Shown here: one piece after another, positions 19,763 to 28,097 of the stretch
Layout: each line of letters opens with the position of its first letter
Position numbering within the stretch: position 1 is the stretch's first letter
NCBI GenBank assembly: GCA_965207225.1
Contig: CBDBLV010000004.1
Span: forward strand, 384,001 to 448,000
Length of the DNA stretch: 64,000 bases
Reading direction: 5' to 3'
Source of the DNA: Dehalococcoidia bacterium
GTDB taxonomy: Bacteria > Chloroflexota > Dehalococcoidia > Plut-88900
Notes under the pieces: generated by a model
Database searches by the model: none
The model's input: the letters and a program-made list of their open reading frames with translations, nothing else
Told to the model about the DNA's origin: nothing
Made by a program: the position numbers and the translations under genes

Positions 19763-19792
19763 AGTTTAGATGCACCGAAGAATCGGGGTCAA
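19763..19792 (-). promoter_or_regulatory. Putative sigma70 promoter of lgt
   Basis: TTGACC-18 bp-TAAACT about 30 bp upstream of lgt. Confidence 0.5.
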
Positions 19793-19831
19793 TCCGGTGT
19801 ACTCGTCCGGTGGACTGGGGGCGCAGCGGAG

Positions 19832-20586
19832 CTTTGTTCAGTTGTGGGGTGTTGGGTTTGTCTGTTGGGTTTTTGGGTCGGCGATGGAAGACGCCCTCTT
19901 GCCCTCAAACTGGCTTGCACTCTTCATTACGGGTGTTCCGGCTGTTGGGGGACCTTTAGAGCAGGCCCCGCCTGAGAGGGAGGGACTTGCAGCCGGCCGT
20001 GCCTTTTTGCTCGATTGTATTCACGGACCGGTCCGGGTCAGGACGTCCGCCAGAGACTCCTCTTTGGGCCGTATGCGCCAATGGGCACGACGGGGCCAGT
20101 GATCCAGCTGTGGCCCCACAGCCTATCTAATGATGTCCATGTTTGCCGGAGCTCTCAGGAGCGAAGTCTCCGGCGCCCCCGCGCACATTGCGCATCCTTA
20201 GCAAGAGCAGACCTATTTGGAGACGATTCTCCTCCGGGGGCAAAGGGTCCGCTGCATACCTCCTAATTAGTCACCCCCGCTGCTAAACTCCGTTGTCGGG
20301 AGAGGGGTGGGAGTAGAAAGCCAGGGCGTCTTTCCATCGCCTGGGGGACAGGGAAGGGACACGGAACCCAGTGGGATGAGGAGATGGCGTCCCCGACTTC
20401 TCGGGGATGACGTATTCGCTTGTGCCGCAACCTTCCTGCCTCGCAAGGGGGGCGATTGGCCGGTCGCCCCTACAAGAGAGGGGAGAGGTCTTGGGATGGG
20501 CTAGGGCGTTGAGTCCTCGGTGTCGGGTCTCGGGGGCTTCCCTGGGTTTTTGGGTTCCTCCTTAAGGTGGTGTCGGGTCTAGACTT
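19832..20586 (-). ncRNA. Candidate novel structured non-coding element, copy A
   Basis: Shares three sequence blocks with 59227-59703. Inverted arms at 20324-20341 and 19880-19896 enclose a hairpin-rich 427 nt. Has its own promoter and no conserved ORF. Confidence 0.65.
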
Positions 20587-20592
20587 AGAACA

Positions 20593-20621
20593 AATATAAA
20601 GCTCAAACGTTTGCATGTCAA
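20593..20621 (-). promoter_or_regulatory. Sigma70-type promoter driving element A
   Basis: TTGACA-17 bp-TATATT on the minus strand, pointing into the element. Confidence 0.75.
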
Positions 20622-20668
20622 GGGGTAGTGTCACGTTTTGGGGGGAATATCCCCCGGTCCCCCAAGGA

Positions 20669-20971
20669 AACCCTCACCCCCTTGATCCCCCTCTCCCTTA
20701 GGGCCTTTAAGGGAGAGGGGGAAAGAAGAACAGAGGCAGACGTGGGTGCGTTGCACCCACGTCTGCCTCTAGTTCAATACTGGGGACAATGGGGGGAAAC
20801 TTCTGGTCCAGGCGGAGGTGAAGGATGCAGGAAAGGGGAGGAGACGCCGCCCGACCCAACGGGGAGAACCCTCACCCTCTTGATCCCCCTCTCCCTTAGG
20901 TCATTAAGGGAGGGGGGAGGAAAAAACAGAGGGAAGCGCCTGCGCCATGGCGCAGGCGCTTCCCTCTAGTT
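20669..20971 (+). repeat. Two copies of a ~105-bp double-hairpin module (20669-20774, 20867-20971)
   Basis: AACCCTCACC..TTGATCCCCCTCTCCCTTAG..TAAGGGAG.GGGGA..AACAGAGG[palindrome]CCTCTAGTT, present twice. Confidence 0.8.
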
Positions 20972-20999
20972 TGGCACTGGGGGATGGATGGAACCCCAT

Positions 21000-21310
21000 C
21001 CCAGATTCCTCGCGGGGCTTCGGAATGACAGGGGAGAAGGGGGTGCGACTTTTGCAGGGCTGACGAGGCCGATTGGCAAGGGGTGGGCCGCCCCCCGCTC
21101 ATACTTCGAGGGCCTCAGCATGAGCGGCCCCACCGCCCCGGGCGACCCGCCGGTCGCCCCTACACGGGGAAAGAGGACCCTTCTACACCACCAAGCAGGA
21201 TGGATTCCGGCTCGGGGCCGGGATGACGGAAAAGGGGGCGGGGATAGATCACCCTACTTCTTGTGGACGGGCCAGGGATGGGAAGGGGAGGGGGGGTGGG
21301 GATGACGGGA
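21000..21310. repeat. Cluster of REP-like palindromic intergenic repeats
   Basis: AGATTCCTCG..CGGAATGACA, CTTCGAGGGCCTCAGCATGAGCGG, GGCGACC..GGTCGCCCCTAC, TGGATTCC..GG.ATGACGG; reverse-complement copies at 58.2-59.1 kb. Confidence 0.75.
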
Positions 21311-21345
21311 GAGGGACCGGAGCCCTTTTAGCGTCCTACAGAGCG

Positions 21346-21357
21346 TTATGTTAAACT
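21346..21357 (+). promoter_or_regulatory. XerD-arm (dif half-site) sequence overlapping an extended -10 of xerD
   Basis: TTATGTTAAAC matches the XerD arm of dif and overlaps TGtTAAACT, about 40 bp upstream of xerD. Confidence 0.5.
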
Positions 21358-21397
21358 TATTTCGAACTATTCCAAAATCTTGTAGGAGAGTGGAAGG

Positions 21398-22330
21398 ATG
21401 AGAGACGTAATTGACGAGTTTCTAAACCACCTCACCGTTGAGCGGGGCCTTTCGGCGAACACCCTTTTCGCCTACCGGAACGACCTGTACCAGTTCGTGG
21501 ACTTCCTGGAGACGGGCCTGGGGCGCAGGAGGCGTGTCCATTCGTGGCAGGACGTGGACCGGGACATGGTGGCCAAGTATGGACTAGACCTGCGAGACCG
21601 GACACTCAAAGACTCCAGCATCGCCCGGAAGATAGCGGCTATCAAGTCGTTCTTTGCCTTCCTGGTGGAAGAGGGGAGCATTGAGACAGCCCCGACCGAG
21701 AACATGGTCTCGCCGAAGGTCGGGCGTTCGCTACCGAAAGCGCTGTCGGTGGAGGAGATCAACCGGCTTCTGAGTGTGACCCGGGAGAGGAAGGGCCCCG
21801 ACGGTCGGCCCAGACCCGTCACCCCGGACAGCCTGCGCGACTGCGCGATGTTCGACCTGCTGTATGCCAGCGGCCTGCGGGTAACGGAGCTGGTATCGCT
21901 AAACGTTGGCGACGTTGACGTCAACAACAACCAGGTGCGCTGCCTGGGGAAGGGTTCCAAGGAGAGGATAGTCCCCATTCACCATGAAGCCACCAAGTCG
22001 TTGCGGGAATACATGGAGCGAGCCAGGCCGAGGCTCCGCAAGCGGTTTGCCGAGCAGGCCCTGTTCCTGAACCGCCGCGGGGACCGGCTGACGAGGCAGG
22101 GGTTCTGGCTCATCCTGAAGGGCTACGCCAGGGAGGCCGATATCAAGACCACCATAACTCCCCATGTGCTGCGCCACAGCTTCGCGACCCATATGCTGCG
22201 GGGCGGAGCACCGCTCAGGCACGTCCAGGAGATGCTGGGCCATGCCAACATATCCACGACACAGGTGTACACCCACCTGGCCAGCGACCAAGTCAGGGAC
22301 CAGTACGACATGGCCCACCCCCGGGCCTAA
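21398..22330 (+). CDS. xerD: Site-specific tyrosine recombinase XerD
   Basis: ERGLSANT..AYRNDL, LLYASGLRVTEL, GKGSKERIVP, LTRQGFW, TPHVLRHSFATH, VQEMLGHANISTTQVYTH, HPRA. Confidence 0.93.
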   Translation: MRDVIDEFLNHLTVERGLSANTLFAYRNDLYQFVDFLETGLGRRRRVHSWQDVDRDMVAKYGLDLRDRTLKDSSIARKIAAIKSFFAFLVEEGSIETAPTENMVSPKVGRSLPKALSVEEINRLLSVTRERKGPDGRPRPVTPDSLRDCAMFDLLYASGLRVTELVSLNVGDVDVNNNQVRCLGKGSKERIVPIHHEATKSLREYMERARPRLRKRFAEQALFLNRRGDRLTRQGFWLILKGYAREADIKTTITPHVLRHSFATHMLRGGAPLRHVQEMLGHANISTTQVYTHLASDQVRDQYDMAHPRA

Positions 22331-22398
22331 GCCGCGTCATTTGCGACCTTTTCCAGCCCCGACTATAATTTGGTCGGAGCATTTAGGCAGGCAAAAAC

Positions 22399-22761
22399 AT
22401 GGCAAAGAAGTCAAAAAAGCTGGCCGCCCAGCGGTCTGCGAGCACCAAGCGCAAGAAGGGCAAGGGGGGTCTATCCCAGCGGCAGATAGAGCTGTCGGGG
22501 GTGGTGGCCCCTGCCCCGACGCCCGAGCAGGCACCAGAAGCGGTCGAGTCTCAGGACTCCGCTACCGACCCAGCAGCTACTGAAGCCATTGCTGCGGAGG
22601 CTCCGCCCGTCGCACAACCACTACCGACGCAGCCCAAGGCAGCCGTCGCGGCGGAGGGGCCCTGGAGATACGGCTACGTTCTCGGGGACATGAAGCGGAT
22701 CGGGCTTATGACGTCGGTAGTGGCCGTGCTGCTGGTGGTGCTGACCTTTATCCTGCGGTAG
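22399..22761 (+). CDS. Hypothetical protein with basic N-terminus and C-terminal TM helix
   Basis: Lys/Arg-rich start, Ala/Pro linker, YGYVLGDMKRIG followed by a hydrophobic tail. Confidence 0.7.
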   Translation: MAKKSKKLAAQRSASTKRKKGKGGLSQRQIELSGVVAPAPTPEQAPEAVESQDSATDPAATEAIAAEAPPVAQPLPTQPKAAVAAEGPWRYGYVLGDMKRIGLMTSVVAVLLVVLTFILR

Positions 22762-22869
22762 AAGCCTGACGTTTCCTTATCCACGTCGCCCAGTATCATC
22801 CGCGTGCGGCCTCATACACTTGCAGGGCTTTGCGTAACCTGCTTGCTGGGGGAGCCCCTCCTCGGAATC

Positions 22870-23032
22870 CGCTCGACCCTTCGAGTGGCCTCAGGATGAG
22901 CGGATTCCGCCCCACCCCTAGCCAGGGGGACACCCCACCCATTCCGCTCTTGAGACCCTTCGACTCCGCTCAGGGCGAGCGGAATGCCCCACCCCCAGAG
23001 GATGGATTCCCGATCGGAGTCGGGAATGACGG
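22870..23032. repeat. REP-like palindromic repeat cluster
   Basis: CCCTTCGAGTGGCCTCAGGATGAGCGG, CCCTTCGACTCCGCTCAGGGCGAGCGG, and GATGGATTCCCGATCGGAGTCGGGAATGACGG (31/32 match to the reverse complement of 58217-58248). Confidence 0.75.
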
Positions 23033-23102
23033 TTATCCAAAGATTGCCTTTAGGGTGATTTCACGAAGGGGAGGCTTGGCTGCGTGATAAAATTGGCTAG
23101 TA

Positions 23103-24935
23103 ATGGCTAAGCCAACCATTGCCGACCAGGTAAGGGCCACCCCTACAAAACCGGGCGTCTACATCTTTCGTGATGCCTCGGGCAACGTGATTTACGTGGG
23201 TAAGGCTGCGGGGCTCAGGAGCCGGGTGCGATCCTACTTCGCTGACTCCTCGTCGCTTACGCTCAAGGGTCGCCACCTGGCCGCGCGCATTGCGCAGTAC
23301 GAGTACGTCGTCACAGACTCCGAGGGCGAGGCCCTCATACTCGAAAACACCCTTATCAAGCGGTACAAGCCGAAGTACAACGTCCGGCTGAAGGACGACA
23401 AGACCTACCCGTATATCAAGATAGACCTGGAGGAGGAGTTCCCCCGGGTCTACTTCACCCGGAGGCGGGATGACGAGCGCGGGGCGAGGTATTTCGGACC
23501 TTTTGCGTCGGCCAGTTCCGTTCGCCGAACACTGGACCTTATCAAGAAGCTGTTTCCATACAGGTCATGCACCAAGAACATCACGGGAACCGATGACCGG
23601 CCCTGCCTGGACTACTACATTCACCGGTGTGTCGGGCCGTGCATCGGGGCGGCGTCTCGGGAGGAGTACCACCAGGTCATCGACCAGGTAATCATGTTCC
23701 TGGAAGGGAAGCACGAGACCATAGTCAAGGACCTGAGCGCCCGCATGAACGAGGCCGCCGAAGACCTCCAGTTCGAAAGGGCCGCTGCACTCAGAGACCA
23801 GGTCCGGGCAATAGAGAGGGTGTCGCAGACTCAGAAGGTCCACTCCCTGCGGTTGAAGGACGAGGACTACATAGCGCTGTCCCGGGGACAGGACGAGGCC
23901 TGGGTGGAGATTTTCTTCGTGAGGGCGGGCAAGACGGTGGGTCGGGACCACTTCATCATGGAGGGGACACAGGACGAGGGCGACGCCCAGATCATGGCCG
24001 GTTTCATCAAGCAGTTCTACGATTCCGCCTCCTATGTGCCGCCCCTTCTCCTGGTCCAACATACGCCCGAGGACGCTGAGCTCATTACAAGCTGGCTGGA
24101 GAGCAAGCGCGACCGCAAGGTCCAGCTAAAGGTGCCACAGCGGGGGGACCGTCGGCAGCTCCTTGAGATGGTCGCGGCAAATGCCGAGCAGGGGCTGGCA
24201 CAGCGGCACGTCAAGTGGATGGCCGACTCCGACGCCATAAGCGGGGCGATGTCGGAGCTGCAAGAGCACCTGAACCTGCCCGAGCTTCCGCGGCGCATGG
24301 AGTGCTACGACATCTCCAACATACAAGGTTCGAACCCTGTCGGGTCCATGGTCGTATTTGAAGACGGCAAGCCGAAACCCACCCACTATCGCAAGTTCAA
24401 GATCAAGACGGTGGAGGGCATCGACGACTATTCGATGATGCAGGAGATGCTACGGCGACGCTTCCGCCGCTTGAAGAATGCCGCCAACTCCAAGACCGAG
24501 AGCTGGACCATCATCCCAGACCTGGTGCTTATCGATGGAGGCAAGGGGCATCTCGGGGCGATACACCAGCTTTTCCTAGAATTGGGAATTGCCCATATAC
24601 CCTTAGCCAGCATCGCCAAACGATACGAGGAAGTCTTCCGCCCTGACAGCAAGGAGCCCATCATCCTGCCCCGAAGCTCCCAGGCCCTTTACATGGTGCA
24701 GCGCATCCGCGACGAGGCGCATCGCTTCGCGATCACGTTCCATCGTCAGCTTCGCAAGAGGAGCGGGGTCAGGTCGGCGATGGACAACGTGCCGGGCATC
24801 GGGCCTAAGAGGAAGAAGGCGCTTATACGGCGTTTTGGGTCGGTCAATGCCATCCGGGAAGCGGAGACTGATGAAATCGCGGCGGTGGTCGGGATGACGC
24901 AGAAGCTTGCCGAGCTGGTCAAGGAGCACCTCTAG
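23103..24935 (+). CDS. uvrC: Excinuclease ABC subunit C
   Basis: PGVY..YVGKA, DDKTYPY, FERAAALRD, ECYDISN, DLVLIDGGKG, RIRDEAHRFA, HhH motif PGIGPKR. Confidence 0.97.
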   Translation: MAKPTIADQVRATPTKPGVYIFRDASGNVIYVGKAAGLRSRVRSYFADSSSLTLKGRHLAARIAQYEYVVTDSEGEALILENTLIKRYKPKYNVRLKDDKTYPYIKIDLEEEFPRVYFTRRRDDERGARYFGPFASASSVRRTLDLIKKLFPYRSCTKNITGTDDRPCLDYYIHRCVGPCIGAASREEYHQVIDQVIMFLEGKHETIVKDLSARMNEAAEDLQFERAAALRDQVRAIERVSQTQKVHSLRLKDEDYIALSRGQDEAWVEIFFVRAGKTVGRDHFIMEGTQDEGDAQIMAGFIKQFYDSASYVPPLLLVQHTPEDAELITSWLESKRDRKVQLKVPQRGDRRQLLEMVAANAEQGLAQRHVKWMADSDAISGAMSELQEHLNLPELPRRMECYDISNIQGSNPVGSMVVFEDGKPKPTHYRKFKIKTVEGIDDYSMMQEMLRRRFRRLKNAANSKTESWTIIPDLVLIDGGKGHLGAIHQLFLELGIAHIPLASIAKRYEEVFRPDSKEPIILPRSSQALYMVQRIRDEAHRFAITFHRQLRKRSGVRSAMDNVPGIGPKRKKALIRRFGSVNAIREAETDEIAAVVGMTQKLAELVKEHL

Positions 24936-24944
24936 CGCCGAGCC

Positions 24945-25835
24945 ATGGCCGACCCCAGACAAGACGCTCAAGATGCTCTTCAAGAGGGGGCACGTTTCCT
25001 TGACCAGGGGCTGATTGAAGAAGCCATCACGCTCTTCGACCGCGCCATCAAGCAGGACGGAACACTGGTGGATGCGTACCTACGCCGGTCCGAGGCGCAT
25101 AATTTCAAGGGGGAGTCGGGCAAGGCCGTGACCGACGCAACCAAAGCCCTGATGCTTGACCCTCACAATGCAGGGGCTTTCGTGGACCGGGCTTCCGCCT
25201 ACATCAACATGGGGAACTATGAACGGGCGCTGGCAGACGCCAACGAGGCAATCTCGCTGGCGCCGACTGCGGCCGCGCACGTGAATCGGGGGGCGGCGTA
25301 CCGCGGGTTGGGAAAGGTCATCATGGCGCTTGGGGATTTCAACAAGGCGGTAAGCCTCGAGCCTCGGTATCCGCTGGCATTCAGCCACAGGGCGAGCGCG
25401 TTCCTGGCCATAGGTGTCCACGATAGGGCTATTCAAGATGCTACTGCCGCAATCGATCTGGACCCCCGTCTTCTACAGCCATACATAGACAGGGGTGAGG
25501 CATATCGGCACAAGGGGGACCTGGACAAGGCCGTAAGGGACGCCACCACGGTGCTCGGGGTCCAGCCCAACCTCGTTATCGGGCTGGTCAACCGGGCCGC
25601 GGCATATCTTGACCAGGACAATGCCACCGACGCCCTGGCCGACTGCGAGTCCGTTCTCGCCCAGGAACCTGAGAATGTCCTTGCCATCAACAACCGGGCT
25701 ATAGCCCTGGCCAAGCTGGGACGTACTGATGAGGCTCTCGACTCCCTGGAACAGGCCGTGGTGCTGGCAAAGTCCGAGGAAGTGAGGATGCATTTGGCGA
25801 TGGTTATGGAACGCATTGAAGGGGCCCGGCAATAA
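24945..25835 (+). CDS. Tetratricopeptide repeat protein
   Basis: Consecutive ~34-aa repeats of the form NRG/A.AY...G....A..D...A..L.P. Confidence 0.88.
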   Translation: MADPRQDAQDALQEGARFLDQGLIEEAITLFDRAIKQDGTLVDAYLRRSEAHNFKGESGKAVTDATKALMLDPHNAGAFVDRASAYINMGNYERALADANEAISLAPTAAAHVNRGAAYRGLGKVIMALGDFNKAVSLEPRYPLAFSHRASAFLAIGVHDRAIQDATAAIDLDPRLLQPYIDRGEAYRHKGDLDKAVRDATTVLGVQPNLVIGLVNRAAAYLDQDNATDALADCESVLAQEPENVLAINNRAIALAKLGRTDEALDSLEQAVVLAKSEEVRMHLAMVMERIEGARQ

Positions 25836-25927
25836 CATCTGCCAGCCATATCGGCGATGCCGGAGAGAATTTCGCTCATTCACTTGTTGTAAAATTGACC
25901 GTAAGTCTGAGATAAACCTGCTGCGTC

Positions 25928-26602
25928 ATGCGATTTGCATTTTTCTCCATCTTTATTCTCGCAGTGTTGGCCTTCGTGGTGGGGTGTTCCTCGGGGGGCG
26001 GGGGTGAGCCAACGCTGGCGCCCGACGTCGAGGGCGCTGCTCCGACAGCACCACCAGAGAGCCCGACGCCTCCGCCCGTGGCGCTGGTCGAATGGGGGGA
26101 CGAGGACTGCATTTTCCGGCCGCCGGGGGAGCTGGGAGAGCTGACTCGGGTCACGAGGACGTATGTTGAAAACGATCCCAAGCTCAACATCGAGCGGATA
26201 TTCCTGAGGTTCCGGCAGTCGGAGACCGAGTCCACGATCCTCCGCTGCGACATGAACACCGCCGGGCTGTTCTCCACGTGGTGGGTACAGTCCTTCGCCA
26301 CGGAAGAAGAAGCCAAGAGCCTCTTCGAGTCTATGGTGCTGGTCACCGCTTCTGAGGTGGACGAACTGAACAGCAATCCCCTCTCGTGCGCCATTATCAG
26401 AGCAGGTCGGGAAGGGTCGGAGAGCTACCAGCTGGACTTCGCGGACAAAGGGCTATGCGAGACCGACGTATTCAACGGCCGGAGTGCCGTGGTGCAGTAT
26501 GGGACCACCGTCATAGGCATCGATTCCCAGTTCTACGAAGAGTTCTTCGAGCCGCTGCTTGCCCACGCCAAGGCCGTGGTAGACAAGAGGGCTTCTTCCT
26601 GA
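25928..26602 (+). CDS. Putative lipoprotein
   Basis: Signal peptide ending VVGC-SSGGG, followed by a Pro-rich linker. Confidence 0.7.
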   Translation: MRFAFFSIFILAVLAFVVGCSSGGGGEPTLAPDVEGAAPTAPPESPTPPPVALVEWGDEDCIFRPPGELGELTRVTRTYVENDPKLNIERIFLRFRQSETESTILRCDMNTAGLFSTWWVQSFATEEEAKSLFESMVLVTASEVDELNSNPLSCAIIRAGREGSESYQLDFADKGLCETDVFNGRSAVVQYGTTVIGIDSQFYEEFFEPLLAHAKAVVDKRASS

Positions 26603-26603
26603 T

Positions 26604-27437
26604 TTGCGTGTCTCGGGTCTCGTCCCGTCTCCTTCTTCGTTAACCGCCGCTCCCCCGCGGCCCGTCTCGGCTCTCCTAGCCCTTCTCGAAAATCGGTATG
26701 CCAGGGAAGGGACTTTGCTGGTCCTGGGATACGCGGCCTACATGCTGCTTCGGCAGGTGTTTCCCGAGGACTTGGAGACCGTGGGCCGGGCCAACGCTGC
26801 GAGAGTGATCGACGTTGAGAGGGCGCTGGGTATCTACTGGGAGCCGGCGATCCAGTCGGGACTCCTGGCCGAGGCACCGTGGGTGGTGACGTTTTTCAAC
26901 TGGGCGTATTCGCTCGGGTTTTTGCCTGTGCTCGTGCCCGGGGCCCTGATTCTGATGACGCTGCGCTACGACACATTCATCTACTTCCGTCGGGTCTTCC
27001 TGATCAGCTATGTAATGACGTGGGCGCTGTGGTTGACCGTTCCCGTGACCCCACCAAGGCTGATGCCGGAAGAAGGATTCATCGATGCGATAGAGGTCAT
27101 GGGGCCGGCCTTTTACAACAGCAAGCAGGCAATCGCGTTCTACAACCAGCACTCGGCGATGCCGAGCATGCACTTCGGGTGGACGCTGCTATTCTCGGTA
27201 ATGTTGTTAAAGACGGGGAGTCGGGCATTGAGGTTGTTCGGGGTCGTGTACCCGGTGGCAGCGTTCGGGGCGATCATTGTCACTGCGAACCATTATTTCC
27301 TGGATGCAGTGGCGGGTGGGGTGATAGTCGGGTCTGCATTTGCGATCTATCATTTGGCGCAAGGGTCAACAAAAGCGCGGCCCGCGTCACCTGAAAAGCC
27401 TGGTGCACTAGCCTTGGACAGTGATATCACCCGGTGA
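26604..27437 (+). CDS. PAP2 superfamily membrane protein (AUR1/PAP2_3-like)
   Basis: PVTPPRL, AMPSMHFGW, TANHYFLDAVAG; start uncertain. Confidence 0.82.
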   Translation: MRVSGLVPSPSSLTAAPPRPVSALLALLENRYAREGTLLVLGYAAYMLLRQVFPEDLETVGRANAARVIDVERALGIYWEPAIQSGLLAEAPWVVTFFNWAYSLGFLPVLVPGALILMTLRYDTFIYFRRVFLISYVMTWALWLTVPVTPPRLMPEEGFIDAIEVMGPAFYNSKQAIAFYNQHSAMPSMHFGWTLLFSVMLLKTGSRALRLFGVVYPVAAFGAIIVTANHYFLDAVAGGVIVGSAFAIYHLAQGSTKARPASPEKPGALALDSDITR

Positions 27438-27442
27438 TATCA
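27422..27442. promoter_or_regulatory. Putative HicB operator overlapping the hicA promoter
   Basis: TGATATCACC-C-GGTGATATCA perfect inverted repeat; TATCAT -10 lies 7 nt before the GTG start. Confidence 0.65.
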
Positions 27443-27449
27443 TATTTGA

Positions 27450-27713
27450 GTGAGGCGGAAACACCGTAGGACTCTAGCCGCCATATTCGAAAGCCCTACG
27501 AGGTCGGGTATCCGGTGGGCGGATATTGAGTCTTTGCTCCTGGCTTTGGGAGCTGAGATGGAGGAGCGGGCAGGATCCAGGGTTACATTCTACCTGGGCA
27601 ATGCGGTGGGACATTTCCACAGGCCTCACCCACACCCTGAAACTACAAAGAAATCAATTGAGTCAACGAGGAGGTTTCTCGAAAGGGTGGAGATCGAAGA
27701 TGCTGACTTATAA
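27450..27713 (+). CDS. hicA: Type II TA toxin HicA
   Basis: KHRRTLAAIF..P....I.W.DIE.LL..LGA...E..GSRV, FHRPHP. Confidence 0.9.
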   Translation: MRRKHRRTLAAIFESPTRSGIRWADIESLLLALGAEMEERAGSRVTFYLGNAVGHFHRPHPHPETTKKSIESTRRFLERVEIEDADL

Positions 27714-28026
27714 GGGATATAGAGCATCAGTAATTTACGACGATGAAGCAGATGTGCTCCATGGTGAGGTCTTGGGTCCCAGGTCTGTTATCACTTTTCA
27801 GGCGACCTCAATAGAACAGTTAAAGCGAGAGTTTGAATTTTCGGTTGAGGATTATCTGGCTTTCTGCGCTGAAAGAGGCTTAGAACCTGACAAGCCTTCA
27901 TCCGGCAAAATCTCCCTCCGAGTCACTCCCCAACTGCACAGCGCCGCAATATCCGCCGCCAGCCTTGAAGGCTTGAGCCTCAACGCATGGATTTCCAAGA
28001 CGATTGAAAAGGCTGCTATCGGTTAA
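27700..28026 (+). CDS. hicB: Type II TA antitoxin HicB
   Basis: MLTYKGY, SVEDYLAFC, P.KP.SGK..LRV.P.LH, SLNAWI; overlaps the end of hicA. Confidence 0.92.
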   Translation: MLTYKGYRASVIYDDEADVLHGEVLGPRSVITFQATSIEQLKREFEFSVEDYLAFCAERGLEPDKPSSGKISLRVTPQLHSAAISAASLEGLSLNAWISKTIEKAAIG

Positions 28027-28048
28027 GTCGAAATCCTTAGCAATAGCG

Positions 28049-28084
28049 TCGGGGGCTTGGCAATGCCAAGCCCCCGAGTCTTTT
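28049..28084. terminator. Intrinsic terminator-like hairpin between convergent genes
   Basis: TCGGGGGCTTGGC-AAT-GCCAAGCCCCCGA followed by GTCTTTT. Confidence 0.7.
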
Positions 28085-28097
28085 GGCCAAGTATTTG

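Noticed and set aside
19832-20586. Elements A/B as RNase P RNA, tmRNA, 6S, SRP, rRNA fragment or riboswitch
   Set aside because: I found no GAGGAAAGUCC core, tRNA-like ends or rRNA motifs. The interiors differ between copies, and each downstream gene has its own promoter after the element. An Rfam search is still needed to confirm.
20628-21310. CRISPR array or small genes in the repeat clusters (also 22830-23087, 58100-59100)
   Set aside because: No regularly spaced identical repeats with unique spacers and no cas genes. The ORFs are translations of palindromic repeats.
21398-22330. xerD as the integrase of a mobile element carrying element A
   Set aside because: It has housekeeping XerD signatures and core-gene context, and copy B has no recombinase nearby.
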